The notes: generated by a model from the letters alone, not told the origin. A DNA stretch of 64,000 nt from an uncultured Spirochaetota bacterium (GCA_963734545.1 CAVTHO010000005.1:352001-416000), one strand, 5' to 3'. Positions 1 to 9,761 are shown, counted from the stretch's first letter. Numbers and translations are program-made.

Positions 1-225
1 GAGCCGCTCTTCGCGGAGTGGAAGCTGATTGCCGGTGAGGCCCTGGCGGGACATTCGCGCCTGGTGGATGTGCAAAACGGCATACTCCTGGTGGAGGTGG
101 ACCACCCGGGGTGGCTGCAGATGCTGCAGCTTCGCAAGGCCTCCATCCTGGCTGCAGCCAGACGCACGGCTCCCCTGGCAAGCGTGGAGGGCATCAGGGT
201 GCGCCTTGGCGGGGGCGACCATTGA
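1..225 (+). CDS. DUF721/DciA-family protein, 3' part (truncated by window edge)
   Basis: Frame 1 reads EPLFAEWKLIAGEALAGHSRLVDVQNGILLVEVDHPGWLQMLQLRK...IRVRLGGGDH*. This fits the DUF721 pattern, and the position just before rpmH matches the spirochaete gene order. Confidence 0.75.
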   Translation, partial: EPLFAEWKLIAGEALAGHSRLVDVQNGILLVEVDHPGWLQMLQLRKASILAAARRTAPLASVEGIRVRLGGGDH

Positions 226-251
226 CAGAGAGGCGTCAATCACCCTATATT
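222..251 (+). promoter_or_regulatory. sigma70-type promoter of the rpmH operon
   Basis: TTGACA (222-227), 18-nt spacer, TATATT (246-251). Confidence 0.55.
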
Positions 252-313
252 CTCGGGGATATCCCTTTGATAAGAACACCTGCTCGTCAGGATAACCAAG
301 GAGCATTTTCCAG

Positions 314-469
314 ATGAAACGAACCTACCAGCCCAGCAAAACCAAAAGGACGAGAAAGTTCGGTTTTCGGGCGCGCATGGCCACCAAGGGCGGACGGCTC
401 GTTCTGAAGCGCAGGCGCGCAAAGGGACGTGTCAAGCTCACGGCCTCGGATGAGAAGAAGCCTTACTAG
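314..469 (+). CDS. rpmH: 50S ribosomal protein L34
   Basis: Hand translation (not in ORF track): [51 protein letters not shown]. Confidence 0.98.
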   Translation: MKRTYQPSKTKRTRKFGFRARMATKGGRLVLKRRRAKGRVKLTASDEKKPY

Positions 470-800
470 ACAGGAAAGACTCCGCAGAAGCAGGGATATC
501 AAAGGGTTGTTCACCGCGGCGAAGCGGATCGAGTCGCGCGGGCTGAAGCTCCTGTACAAGAACAACGGCGGTCCTGCCACACGGTTTGCGGTCGTGGTGG
601 CACGGGGATGCGGCGGAGCAGTCAGGAGAAACCGGGAGAAGCGGATCACCCGGGAGGCTTATCGGTCTCTCAAGGAGTTCGTGGTCCCCGGCACTGACCT
701 GCTTTTCCTGATCACCCGGTTCGGCGCGCAGTTTGCCGAAAGGCGCTCCCTCATGGAGCAGCTGCTCGGCCGCGCGGGCCTGCGAAGCAGAGCGGATTGA
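450..800 (+). CDS. rnpA: Ribonuclease P protein component
   Basis: ERLRRSRDI..., [17 protein letters not shown] (RNR motif). Follows rpmH. Confidence 0.93.
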   Translation: MRRSLTRQERLRRSRDIKGLFTAAKRIESRGLKLLYKNNGGPATRFAVVVARGCGGAVRRNREKRITREAYRSLKEFVVPGTDLLFLITRFGAQFAERRSLMEQLLGRAGLRSRAD

Positions 801-807
801 GAAGGCA

Positions 808-1017
808 GTGAGGTTCTTCGCGGTTCTCCTCATTACGATCTACCAGAAAATCATATCTCCCGCGTTCCCCCCTTCCTGCCGCTATGTTCCCACTTGCTCC
901 CAGTACGCAAAGGAAGCAATCGTCAAGCACGGTTTTTTGAAGGGATCGTACCTCGCCGTCCGGAGACTTCTCCGGTGTCATCCATTTCATGCGGGCGGGT
1001 ACGACCCGGTTCCCTGA
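808..1017 (+). CDS. yidD: Membrane protein insertion efficiency factor YidD
   Basis: [40 protein letters not shown] start inferred. Confidence 0.95.
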   Translation: MRFFAVLLITIYQKIISPAFPPSCRYVPTCSQYAKEAIVKHGFLKGSYLAVRRLLRCHPFHAGGYDPVP

Positions 1018-1029
1018 GAAGAAGGAATT

Positions 1030-2922
1030 ATGGACAGTAAGACAATTCTAGCCGTCGTGATCTCGGTGGTCATCATCGTCGCGAGCATGGTGCTCACGCC
1101 GGTGCTCTTTCCGCCGAAGCCCACGGTACCCGAGACGACGCAAAGCAGCGCTCCTAAACCCGCCGCGACGGAAGGTGGTCAGGGAGCACAGGTGACCCAG
1201 GCTCCCGCGCCGCAGCCCGCCCAGGCGCAGGCCGCGCAGCAGGCGCCCGCCGCCACGAGCGCGCTCACAGCTGCCGTGACGGGGAAGGTGGTCCCGCTGC
1301 CGGAGTCGGCCCCACCCTCCTCTCAGCCGAGGTCCATAGAGAGAGATACCGATCTCTACACGCTGACCTTTTCCAGCAGCGGCGCCACGCTTTCTTCCGT
1401 AAAGCTGAAGAAGTACAAGAACCTGGACGGGACACCGGTGGAGATGGAGTTGCTGCCGAAGACCGAGACGGCGGGCACTCTTCCGTTCGCCATTGCATTC
1501 GGTGACTACAAGGCGGAACAGCTCAATGTCCCCTTTGTGCTGACCGAGCGGAGCGATGCGAAGCAGTCCACATTCGATTTTTCCCGGACATTCCTTTCCC
1601 CGACCGGAGTGCCGTTCACCCTGCACAAGACATACCTGTTCGACAAGGACGAGTATCTCTTCGAGCTGCGCGTCACGATCGAAAACTCGGTGAACGATTT
1701 CCCCGCGCTGGATTTCAACGGGTTCGCCTACACGCTGACCTTGGGACCCCAGATCGGGCCTCACTACGTGAAGCTGGACAATACGCACGACTCACGCAAT
1801 TACGCGTTCTACGCAGACGGCAAGCGGCAGGACCCCAAAGTGGGCATGGGGCAGGTGAAGGAGCTGGACAAGAAGGTGACCTGGGCCGGTATCGTGGGCA
1901 AGTACTTTACCGCCATCGCGGTCCTGGATGCCACCGACTACAAGCTCGTGTACGATTCGCGCAAGATCGCGGACGGGTTCGACCACTCCGCCATCTCTTT
2001 CCAGCGGCCCGTGTTGAAGAGCGCGAAGACAACGGACACGTTCCGTTTCTACATGGGGCCGATGAAGAAGGAGATCCTGGCGAACTACAACGACTCCGCC
2101 AAGAATGCGTTCGGCATCTCCGGTCTGCATGCGGACGAGGTGGTCACCTCGTCGATACTCATCGGGTGGCTGGCCACACTGATGAAGTATATCCTGGACT
2201 TCTTTTATCTCCTCATCCCCAACTATGGAATCGCCATCATCCTTCTCACGATTCTCACGAAGGTCGTCTTTCTCCCGCTGACCTTCAAGAGCTCAGAGTC
2301 AATGGCCAAGATGGCCACCCTGAATCCCAAGATGACGGAGATCCGGACCCGGCTGAAGGGCAAGCCGGACAAGATGAACCAGGAGATTGCAGAGCTGTAC
2401 AAGCGGGAGAAGATCAACCCGCTTTCCGGCTGTCTGCCGCTTCTCCTCCAGATGCCTGTCTTCTTTGCACTGTACAACCTGCTGCAGAGCCATTTCGAGC
2501 TGCGCGGCGCGATGTTCATTCCGGGCTGGATTCCCGATCTCTCCGCACCCGAATTCATCCTGACCTTTCCCTTTGCCATCCCCCTCGTGGGCTGGACAGC
2601 GCTTCGATTGCTGCCGCTGCTGATGGTGGCGAGCCAGATCCTGTCAAGCAAGTTCACGCAGCCATCGGGCGCGCCGCAGCAGGGCGGCGCCCAGGCAAAG
2701 CTTTTCGCTTACGCGCTGCCCATCGTGTTTCTCTTCATCCTCTACGATATGCCTTCAGGTCTGGTGCTGTACTGGACCGTCCAGAACATCCTTTCCACGG
2801 CCCAGCAGGTGTACATCAACCGGCTGCGCAAGAGGAAGGAGGAGGAGTCGGGTCAGACTCCGGTCGTGGTGAAGGCGAGCGTCAAGACGGGTGAGAAGTC
2901 CGGTATCAGGACGGGGAAATAG
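1030..2922 (+). CDS. yidC: Membrane protein insertase YidC
   Basis: N-terminal TM, periplasmic domain, NYGIAIILLT, INPLSGCLPLLLQMPVFFALY, WIPDLS, PSGLVLYW. Confidence 0.97.
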   Translation: MDSKTILAVVISVVIIVASMVLTPVLFPPKPTVPETTQSSAPKPAATEGGQGAQVTQAPAPQPAQAQAAQQAPAATSALTAAVTGKVVPLPESAPPSSQPRSIERDTDLYTLTFSSSGATLSSVKLKKYKNLDGTPVEMELLPKTETAGTLPFAIAFGDYKAEQLNVPFVLTERSDAKQSTFDFSRTFLSPTGVPFTLHKTYLFDKDEYLFELRVTIENSVNDFPALDFNGFAYTLTLGPQIGPHYVKLDNTHDSRNYAFYADGKRQDPKVGMGQVKELDKKVTWAGIVGKYFTAIAVLDATDYKLVYDSRKIADGFDHSAISFQRPVLKSAKTTDTFRFYMGPMKKEILANYNDSAKNAFGISGLHADEVVTSSILIGWLATLMKYILDFFYLLIPNYGIAIILLTILTKVVFLPLTFKSSESMAKMATLNPKMTEIRTRLKGKPDKMNQEIAELYKREKINPLSGCLPLLLQMPVFFALYNLLQSHFELRGAMFIPGWIPDLSAPEFILTFPFAIPLVGWTALRLLPLLMVASQILSSKFTQPSGAPQQGGAQAKLFAYALPIVFLFILYDMPSGLVLYWTVQNILSTAQQVYINRLRKRKEEESGQTPVVVKASVKTGEKSGIRTGK

Positions 2923-2983
2923 GGGCTGGGTACAGCCAAGAAGGGGCTGGGTACAGCCAAGAAGGGGCTGAGTACAGCCAGCA
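2921..2983. repeat. Three tandem 21-bp repeats, each containing a GGCTG-N4-CAGCC hairpin
   Basis: aggggctgggtacagccaaga x2, then aggggctgagtacagccagca, between yidC and jag. Confidence 0.9.
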
Positions 2984-3012
2984 CGGAGCATTCCAGGTCC
3001 AAGGAGACTGAC

Positions 3013-3753
3013 ATGATAGTGAAAGAGTTCGAGGGGAAAAACGAGAAGGAAGCCATCGACAGGGCCATCGAAGAGCTGGGTCTCGACAGGAATGAGATCG
3101 ATTTCGAGATCGTGGAAACAAAGCGGCCCGGAATCCTCTTCCGCGGCGGCAAGGTGAAGATCAGGGTACATCTCACCGAGGAACCGGACGAGATGGATGA
3201 GGAGGGCGACGCCGCGGAGCCGGGCAATGAGCTCGGCGGCCGAAAGCCTTCTCCCCGGCCGGCCCCTGCCGCGATAAACGGCGAGTTCGAAGGGAAAGTC
3301 ATCGACTTCACGGTCGGTCTTCTTGACCGGATGGGCTTCCCCGCCGCGGTCAAGGTGAATTTCCGGGAGGAAGGCCGGGTCGGGCTCGACATCGAGAGCG
3401 ACGGCTCGGGCATCCTCATCGGCAAACAGGGCAAGACCCTCGAGGCCCTGCAGTTCATCGTCAATCTCGCCGCCGGCCGCATGGATACAGAGCCGACCAG
3501 AATCGTATTGGACACGCAGGACTACCGGAGCCGCCGGGAGCGAAGCCTGATTCGCATGGCAAACCAGGTTGCCGAGCAGGTGCGGAGAAGCAAAGGATCG
3601 CAGCTTCTTGAGCCTTTGAATCCCTTCGAGCGAAGGCTCATCCATACATCCCTTGCGCGCTACGGGGACATCGAGACGGTGAGCGAAGGGGATGGCCTGT
3701 ACAAGCGCATCAGGGTGATCTGGCGCAATGAGCGGGATGGCCGCCGGGAGTAG
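3013..3753 (+). CDS. jag: RNA-binding protein Jag/KhpB/EloR (Jag_N, KH, R3H)
   Basis: GILIGKQGKTLEALQ (KH), LEPLNPFERRLIHTSL (R3H). Follows yidC. Confidence 0.95.
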   Translation: MIVKEFEGKNEKEAIDRAIEELGLDRNEIDFEIVETKRPGILFRGGKVKIRVHLTEEPDEMDEEGDAAEPGNELGGRKPSPRPAPAAINGEFEGKVIDFTVGLLDRMGFPAAVKVNFREEGRVGLDIESDGSGILIGKQGKTLEALQFIVNLAAGRMDTEPTRIVLDTQDYRSRRERSLIRMANQVAEQVRRSKGSQLLEPLNPFERRLIHTSLARYGDIETVSEGDGLYKRIRVIWRNERDGRRE

Positions 3754-3756
3754 ACA

Positions 3757-3987
3757 ATGCCGATCTTCGAATACGAATGCCGGGAATGTCGGAGCTCCTT
3801 CGAGCTCCTTGTGCGATCGGACACGACCATCGCGTGCCCGACCTGCGAGAGCGCGCGCGTCGTGAAGAAGCTGAGCCTGTTTGCCGCGCACGTAAAAAGG
3901 GCGGAGGGCGCCCTGCCGAGCTGCCACACCGGCGGCCGCGGGTGCGACCTTGGCAGGTGCGGCTCCGGCTTCTGCGGCGTGGACTGA
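3757..3987 (+). CDS. FmdB-family zinc-ribbon protein
   Basis: MPIFEYECRECR...CPTCES...KKLS, with a Cys-rich tail. Confidence 0.88.
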   Translation: MPIFEYECRECRSSFELLVRSDTTIACPTCESARVVKKLSLFAAHVKRAEGALPSCHTGGRGCDLGRCGSGFCGVD

Positions 3988-4205
3988 TCGCAAAGCCCTG
4001 TTGAATCGGCAGCTTCCCGCAAGGCCGCGCGGGAGGCACGTCCGCCCGGCGGGCCGCCTCCGCTCCTGTTCCGCCATTCCAGTTGCTTCTGAAGTGTTTC
4101 CCTCCTGACGCACGTCGAAAGATTTGACACCTCAGTATGCCCCGAGTATCGTGGGAAGGTGATTGACCGCGGGATTGCCGCGCCATTGGAGAAACGATCC
4201 AGCAG

Positions 4206-4763
4206 ATGACGGATGAGCAGATCATCGGCCGTGTGCGAGGCGGCGAAACCCGAATGTTCGGCGAGCTCGTCCAGCGCTATCAGGACCCGGTGTTCGGCAT
4301 GGCGCTGCGCTTCGTCGGCGGCCGCGGGGACGCTGAGGATGTTGCCCAGGAGGTCTTCCTGCGCGCATACCGGGGCCTGGACGGCTTCAAGGGAGAGGCG
4401 AAGTTCTCTACCTGGATCTATCGCATTACCTTCAACCTCTGCGCCGACTGGCTGCGAAGGAACAGGAGGGCTGACCGGAGAGCCGTGACGATAGAAGAAG
4501 CCGGCGAGGTGGCGGACGGCCGGGTGAACCTGGAGGAAGGGATGCTGGAGACGGAGAAGCGGGACAAGGTCAGGAGAGCGCTGGATCGTCTTGACGAGAG
4601 GTACCGCAGCGTCGTCGTGCTTCTCTACTATCAGAAGATGTCCTATGAGCAGATTGCCGCGGTCCTCGCGCTGCCTGTGAAGACCGTGGAGACACGCCTG
4701 TACAGGGCTCGAAAGATGCTGCGGGAGAGTCTGGAGCGCGGCGAAGAGGGAGGCGTTGCATGA
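4206..4763 (+). CDS. ECF RNA polymerase sigma factor (SigW/SigE-like)
   Basis: DAEDVAQEVFLRAY, FSTWIYRITFN, SYEQIAAVL..PVKTVETRLYRAR. The true start may be GTG 4159 (see rejected list). Confidence 0.93.
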   Translation: MTDEQIIGRVRGGETRMFGELVQRYQDPVFGMALRFVGGRGDAEDVAQEVFLRAYRGLDGFKGEAKFSTWIYRITFNLCADWLRRNRRADRRAVTIEEAGEVADGRVNLEEGMLETEKRDKVRRALDRLDERYRSVVVLLYYQKMSYEQIAAVLALPVKTVETRLYRARKMLRESLERGEEGGVA

Positions 4764-5269
4764 GATGCGCACAGGTGGACCGGCACGTGGAGCGTTTCGT
4801 TGATGGGGCGTTGGTCACCTCGCTGGCGGAGCGGATCGAGGCGCATGTCCGGTCCTGCACGCGATGTGCCGCCCGGATTGATGCGGCGCGCGCGCTGCTG
4901 AAGGGATTCAGGGCGCCCCCGGACCGCGCACCGCCGGGGTTTGCCGCGCGTGTGATGGATGCGGTGTACCGAGAGGCCCTTGCAGGCGGACCCCGGCGGG
5001 CCGTCTCGGAAAGCCCGAGGGCATTCCCGTCTCGCATGCCTGCCCTGATCTATCGCAGGCTGGGTCTGAGCTTCGTGCTGACCGCGGGCGTTCTTGCCGC
5101 GAGCCTCTTCATCCCCCGCGCGGCCTACCCCGGCCTGCTCGGGACAGGATCCGTGGCCGCAGTGCTCTCCCGGGAAAGCAGCGTCGCGGTGCGGGACGCG
5201 CTGAACGGGGCCGATTCCGCCGTGCGGGGCATCCTGCGCGAGCAGGCAGATGGAGGAAGCGTACGATGA
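4760..5269 (+). CDS. Zinc-binding (zf-HC2/ZAS) membrane anti-sigma factor
   Basis: HVRSCTRC (HxxxCxxC) plus one TM segment. ATGA overlap with the sigma gene. Confidence 0.85.
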   Translation: MRCAQVDRHVERFVDGALVTSLAERIEAHVRSCTRCAARIDAARALLKGFRAPPDRAPPGFAARVMDAVYREALAGGPRRAVSESPRAFPSRMPALIYRRLGLSFVLTAGVLAASLFIPRAAYPGLLGTGSVAAVLSRESSVAVRDALNGADSAVRGILREQADGGSVR

Positions 5270-5925
5270 CGTGCATGAATCATTTGAAGACCGAGGCCGT
5301 GGCGAACTGCGCAGAGTGCGGAAGGTCTTTCTGCGCCGCCTGCATCGTTGAGCTCGACCAGAGGAGCTGGTGCCGGGATTGCCTTGCCAGAATCGTGAGC
5401 AGGACCGGGGCCGGCGCGCGCGTGCATCCGGGGTGGCGGAAACTTGTTGCGGCGCTTCTCAGCATCGTGCCGGGGGCGGGACACATGTTCCTGGGCCTCA
5501 TAGGCAAGGGCTTCACTCTCATGGGCCTTCTCTTTGTTTCGGTCTTTCTCATCATCCTCTACTCCGACGCCACCGGCATGTACTGGCTGACCGCCTACCT
5601 GATCCCGACCCTTTCCGTGCTCTTTCTGTCCTATGCGGTCTTTGATGCCATGGCCATTTCCGACGCGCGGAGGAGCGGGAGGGAGCTGCCCGCGACCGAT
5701 GACGATACCATGAATGCGGTCTGGGAGAAGGTTCTCATGAACCGGCGCACCGGCGGCTGGGTCCTGCTCATGGCCGGAATCGTCGGCATCCTGCACCTGT
5801 TCTCCGAGCCTCTCAATCTGTGGACCCGGACCGTGCTCGCCTTGCCCTTCCCCCTCACCGGGCTGGTCATTCCGGTGATCCTGCTGGTTCTTGGTATCCT
5901 CCTGCTGCAAAGAAGCCGAAAATAA
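5266..5925 (+). CDS. B-box-type zinc-finger membrane protein
   Basis: CMNH..AVANCAECGRSFCAAC..WCRDC, then LLSIVPGAGHMFLG (TM2-like) and several TM helices. Confidence 0.75.
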   Translation: MTCMNHLKTEAVANCAECGRSFCAACIVELDQRSWCRDCLARIVSRTGAGARVHPGWRKLVAALLSIVPGAGHMFLGLIGKGFTLMGLLFVSVFLIILYSDATGMYWLTAYLIPTLSVLFLSYAVFDAMAISDARRSGRELPATDDDTMNAVWEKVLMNRRTGGWVLLMAGIVGILHLFSEPLNLWTRTVLALPFPLTGLVIPVILLVLGILLLQRSRK

Positions 5926-5941
5926 CAGCAGGTAAGAGAAC

Positions 5942-6739
5942 ATGCAGAAGACCGGTATCGCGGTCTGGGACCAGGTCGAGATAGCACAAAGAATATGCGC
6001 GGCGTGGCGCTTCCCCCTGCGGAGCATCTGGGTGGAGCGCATCGAGATGGAGTGGCATGCGCTGTCGCTGCCGGAGCCGGGAGACAGGGCGGAAGCGCGC
6101 AGCATGTTCATCCCGCGCACGCAGAAGCCGACGTCCTCCCAATGGCGGCACTACCTTCACCGGGAAGGTGATCTCGTCCAGCCGACCCCGGTGCTCCCGG
6201 ACAGGCCCATGGTGGTGCGTCCCGACCGGGCACTCACCCTCCTGCCGGGGCAGAACACGATATTCTTTCTCGAGATCCCTGTCTGGTTCAGGCTCTCCAC
6301 GATCGGACCCCGGGCCGCGCGGATATTCGAGGAACCTCTCTGCGTGCTCACGCGCACGTGGTTCGGCGACCCGGTGACGGGCGAGCTCTGCTGGGGCCTC
6401 GCGGCCCGCCTGCATCATTCCATCGACTCGGTGGAGCCTTCCGCCTGGAATGCCGTGTGCCCGCTCATGATCGAAAACGATTCGGACACCGACCTCGATT
6501 TCGAGAAGATCTGCCTCCACGTGGAGAACCTCAGCATTTTCCGGGGGACGTTGCGCCTCTGGTCCAACAGTCTGAATGTGATTTTCAAGGGTCCCGACCA
6601 GGCCACACAGATCGAGATCGTGCACGCGCCGCCGGCCTTCGAGCCCGGGCTTGCGCTGGCCAGCGCTGCCCGACAACCGGCGGCGGGCTGGAACATACGG
6701 AAGACCTTCGGCATGCTGAAGTATTTCACGGACTTCTGA
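5942..6739 (+). CDS. DUF432-like protein
   Basis: PVLPDRPMVVRP, LTRTWFGDPVTGELCW, AVCPLMIEN. Lies upstream of MscS. Confidence 0.6.
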   Translation: MQKTGIAVWDQVEIAQRICAAWRFPLRSIWVERIEMEWHALSLPEPGDRAEARSMFIPRTQKPTSSQWRHYLHREGDLVQPTPVLPDRPMVVRPDRALTLLPGQNTIFFLEIPVWFRLSTIGPRAARIFEEPLCVLTRTWFGDPVTGELCWGLAARLHHSIDSVEPSAWNAVCPLMIENDSDTDLDFEKICLHVENLSIFRGTLRLWSNSLNVIFKGPDQATQIEIVHAPPAFEPGLALASAARQPAAGWNIRKTFGMLKYFTDF

Positions 6740-6752
6740 GGACACCACAGGG

Positions 6753-7574
6753 ATGATTCAGCAAATCGCGACATGGCTGCAGTCGATTTCTCCCGAGGTC
6801 CTGACAAAGGCGCTGCGGGTCACCCTGACGATCCTGCTCGGGCTGTTCGTGGTCAGGGTGCTGGCCGTGGTGACGCAGCGCTTCATCATGCGCAAGTCGA
6901 CTGCCCAGAGGCAGATGATCGCGCGCAAGGTCATCAGCTACACGGGCTTTTTCCTGGTGCTGATGGGAGTGCTCAGCGAGCTGGGTCTCAAGCTCACCGC
7001 CCTCCTGGGCGCGGCAGGGATCGTGGGGATCGCGGTCGGGTTCGCCTCCCAGACGAGCGTGTCCAACATCATCAGCGGTCTCTTCCTCATCTCTGAAAAG
7101 CCTTTCGGCGTGGGTGATGTGATCAGGATAGGGAGCACCACCGGGATCATACAGTCGATCGACCTTCTCTCCATCAAGATCCGCACATTCGACAACATGT
7201 TCGTGCGCATCCCGAATGAAAAGATTCTCAGCTCCGAAGTGACGAACATCACGCGATTTCCCATTCGGAGGATGGACATCGTGTTCCAGGTGGCGTATGA
7301 CCAGGATCTCTACAAGGTGCACGAGCTTCTTGCGAGGATCGCGCGCGACAACCCCTGGAGCCTGGACGAACCGGTTCCCGTCATCCTCTTCTCGGATTTC
7401 AAGGAATCGGGGATCGAGGTGCAGCTCGGGCTCTGGTTTGCCAAGAGCGATTTCATGGACCTGAAGAACTCGATCATGAAGGATCTTCCCTCCATATTCG
7501 CCGCCGAGGGGGTCAGATTCGCGCACCCCAACCGTCTGGTGCAAATCGTGGAGGGATCCGCCGCTACCTCTTGA
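6753..7574 (+). CDS. mscS: Small-conductance mechanosensitive channel
   Basis: ALLGAAGIVGIAVGFASQTSVSNIISG, PFGVGDVI, VRIPNE. Confidence 0.93.
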   Translation: MIQQIATWLQSISPEVLTKALRVTLTILLGLFVVRVLAVVTQRFIMRKSTAQRQMIARKVISYTGFFLVLMGVLSELGLKLTALLGAAGIVGIAVGFASQTSVSNIISGLFLISEKPFGVGDVIRIGSTTGIIQSIDLLSIKIRTFDNMFVRIPNEKILSSEVTNITRFPIRRMDIVFQVAYDQDLYKVHELLARIARDNPWSLDEPVPVILFSDFKESGIEVQLGLWFAKSDFMDLKNSIMKDLPSIFAAEGVRFAHPNRLVQIVEGSAATS

Positions 7575-8844
7575 TGATCTGCTCGCGCCGCGGGCCGACG
7601 GAGATCCACTTGATCGGGGTACGGATTCTTTTTTCGATGAAGAGAACGTATTCACGCGCGCGCGGCGGAAGGTCCTCGAACCTGCGCACGCCCATGATGT
7701 CCGTCTTCCATCCCGGCAGCTCCGCGTAAACGGCCGAAGCCTTGTCCAGGAGCCGGGAGACAGGGAAAGCGCCCGTCGTTTTTCCGTCGATTGTATAGTC
7801 CGTGCACACGGGGATCGTGTCCTTGTAGCCCAGGACGTCGAGATTGGTGAGAGCTGCCTCGGTCGCCCCCTGGACCCGGCAGCCGTAAGAGGTCGCCACG
7901 CAGTCGAACCAGCCCACCCTGCGGGGTCTTCCGGTCGTGGCGCCATACTCTCCCGCGTCCCCGCCGCGCCTTCTCAGTGTCTCTTCTTCCTCGCCGTGCA
8001 GCTCGGTGACGAACGGTCCGGCCCCCACGCAGCTCGAGTATGCCTTTGTCACGGCCACCACCCGCGTGATGGCCCATGGAGGCAGCCCGGCCCCTACCGC
8101 ACCGAAGCCTGCCAGCGGCGAGGAGGATGTCGGGTAGGGATAGATCCCGTGATCGGGGTCGCGGAGCGTTCCGAGCTGACCCTCGAGGAGGATCGTTTTT
8201 CCCGCCTCCACGGCGTCCGTGAGGAGAGTGGTCGTGTCGGCAACATAGGGGGCCATCCTGTCACGCACGGCCGCCACCTGCGCCATGATCTCCTCCACGG
8301 AGAGCGGCGGCTTGCCGTAGAGCTTTTCCAGCACCACGTTTTTCTGCACAAGGGTCTTGGCGAGACGCGCCCGCATGAGAGGCTCGTCGAACATCTCGTT
8401 CACCTGCAGCCCGAGCTTCAACGCCTTGTCCGCATAAAACGGGGCGATGCCGGATTTGGTCGAACCGAAGCTCTCTTTTCCCAGCCTCTCCTCTTCCAGT
8501 GAATCAAAGAGGATGTGATGGGGCAGGAGCACCTGGGCGCGCTCGGACACCCGGACGTCCGGCCGGGGCACGTCCCGTGCAAGAAGCTTCTCGATCTCGG
8601 AAAGAAATGCGCCGACATTCACCGCGACGCCCGGACCCAGTATGTTGATCACCCCGGGATAGAAGACCCCGGAAGGCAGGAGGTGCAGCGCGAACTTGCC
8701 GAACTCGTTGATGATCGTGTGCCCCGCGTTGTTCCCGCCCTGGTAGCGGACGACGAAATCCACTTCACGTGCCAGGTAATCGGTGATTTTGCCTTTTCCC
8801 TCGTCACCCCAATTGGCCCCCACAACCGCAATGACCGGCATCAT
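7564..8844 (-). CDS. purA: Adenylosuccinate synthetase
   Basis: GANWGDEGKGK, RYQGGNNAGHT, EYGATTGRPRRVGWFD, ISVGP. Confidence 0.98.
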   Translation of the reverse strand: MMPVIAVVGANWGDEGKGKITDYLAREVDFVVRYQGGNNAGHTIINEFGKFALHLLPSGVFYPGVINILGPGVAVNVGAFLSEIEKLLARDVPRPDVRVSERAQVLLPHHILFDSLEEERLGKESFGSTKSGIAPFYADKALKLGLQVNEMFDEPLMRARLAKTLVQKNVVLEKLYGKPPLSVEEIMAQVAAVRDRMAPYVADTTTLLTDAVEAGKTILLEGQLGTLRDPDHGIYPYPTSSSPLAGFGAVGAGLPPWAITRVVAVTKAYSSCVGAGPFVTELHGEEEETLRRRGGDAGEYGATTGRPRRVGWFDCVATSYGCRVQGATEAALTNLDVLGYKDTIPVCTDYTIDGKTTGAFPVSRLLDKASAVYAELPGWKTDIMGVRRFEDLPPRAREYVLFIEKRIRTPIKWISVGPRREQIIKR

Positions 8845-8906
8845 GCCCCCCTTCCCGCGCGAGGCCTCATGGTACAGGAATGAGCGGCGCGTGCAAAGGC
8901 AGGTAC

Positions 8907-9701
8907 CTACTGAGGCGGGGCCGGAGTCGGCGGGGCCGGAGTCGGTTCAGCAGGCGGAGACGGCGGCGGCGAGGGAGACGGTTCAGGAGGAGGCGGTGTC
9001 GGCAGCGCAGGACGCGGAGCCGTGAGCGCGGCAAGGGCCGCATTCAGCTCCGGAATGAAAAGGGAGCCCGGGTGGTCCTTTATTGCCGAGGTGAGGAAAG
9101 CGGTCTGCTGCGTAAGGTTTTTCGAGGCCGCGGCGAGCTGGAGAAGGATGGCAGCCTGGACGTCGTCCGGATTCGATGAAACCCCCTCGTTTCGCAGATA
9201 GACGTTTCGAAGGAGTATCTTCGCCGTTGCGTCGAAGCCGGTGACCCTGATGAAAGACATGCCGCCGGTCTCCGAGGCGATGGCGACGATGCTCAACCGG
9301 GGGATCGTGGAAGTAGTGGCAGCCGTGTTGTTCGGGGCCTCGTAGATGGCGGCGGTGTCCGTGGTGACGACGGCGAGGATGGATTTCGATATCACGAGAT
9401 CCGCCCGTACCCATCCCTCGCTGCCCGTGTCCCGCTTGACCGGCATGAAATCACGTTCCTTTCCGGCTTGAACGGCCTTGGTCGCCTGGCCAAGGAGCGC
9501 GAGCTTCTCCCCGATCGGCAGGGTTCCTCGGGGAATGAGCGCCCCCTGCTCCATGCTGAACAGGGGCAGATCCGCCATGATGACAAAGGCGCTTTTCGCG
9601 TCCGCCACGACCGATGGGGGGACCGGGCGCGCAGGTTTTGGCTGACAGCCGAGGAGGGGAAGGAGAGCGAGGAGCGCGGCGGGGACGAGTGCGCGTCTCA
9701 T
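8907..9701 (-). CDS. Lipoprotein with SH3-like domains and Pro-rich tail
   Basis: SD GGAGGT before ATG 9701, lipobox LLG-C, GSEGWVRADLV, C-terminal Pro-rich segment. Confidence 0.65.
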   Translation of the reverse strand: MRRALVPAALLALLPLLGCQPKPARPVPPSVVADAKSAFVIMADLPLFSMEQGALIPRGTLPIGEKLALLGQATKAVQAGKERDFMPVKRDTGSEGWVRADLVISKSILAVVTTDTAAIYEAPNNTAATTSTIPRLSIVAIASETGGMSFIRVTGFDATAKILLRNVYLRNEGVSSNPDDVQAAILLQLAAASKNLTQQTAFLTSAIKDHPGSLFIPELNAALAALTAPRPALPTPPPPEPSPSPPPSPPAEPTPAPPTPAPPQ

Positions 9702-9732
9702 GGTCACCTCCGGGGAAACTTTCTTTCGCGTC

Positions 9733-9761
9733 ACGGTACGGTGATCTTTCCGCGCTGTCAA
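9733..9761 (-). promoter_or_regulatory. sigma70-type promoter of the lipoprotein gene
   Basis: Minus strand TTGACA-17-TACCGT. Confidence 0.5.

Noticed and set aside
2921-2983. Tandem palindromic repeats as a CRISPR array (also considered for 9764-9842 and 16867-17033)
   Set aside because: Only 2-3 units, no series of unique 30-40-nt spacers, and no cas genes.
3988-4080. CGCAAAGCC as a c-di-GMP-I riboswitch core
   Set aside because: The upstream GGCAAAC/GNRA hairpin and the P1 pairing are absent.
4159-4209. Leaderless 16-aa upstream ORF (GTG 4159) overlapping the ECF sigma ATG
   Set aside because: Adding one A to the GAGAAA run gives a natural N-terminal extension (..LEKTIQQMTDEQ). Given the other indels, a sequencing error is more likely.
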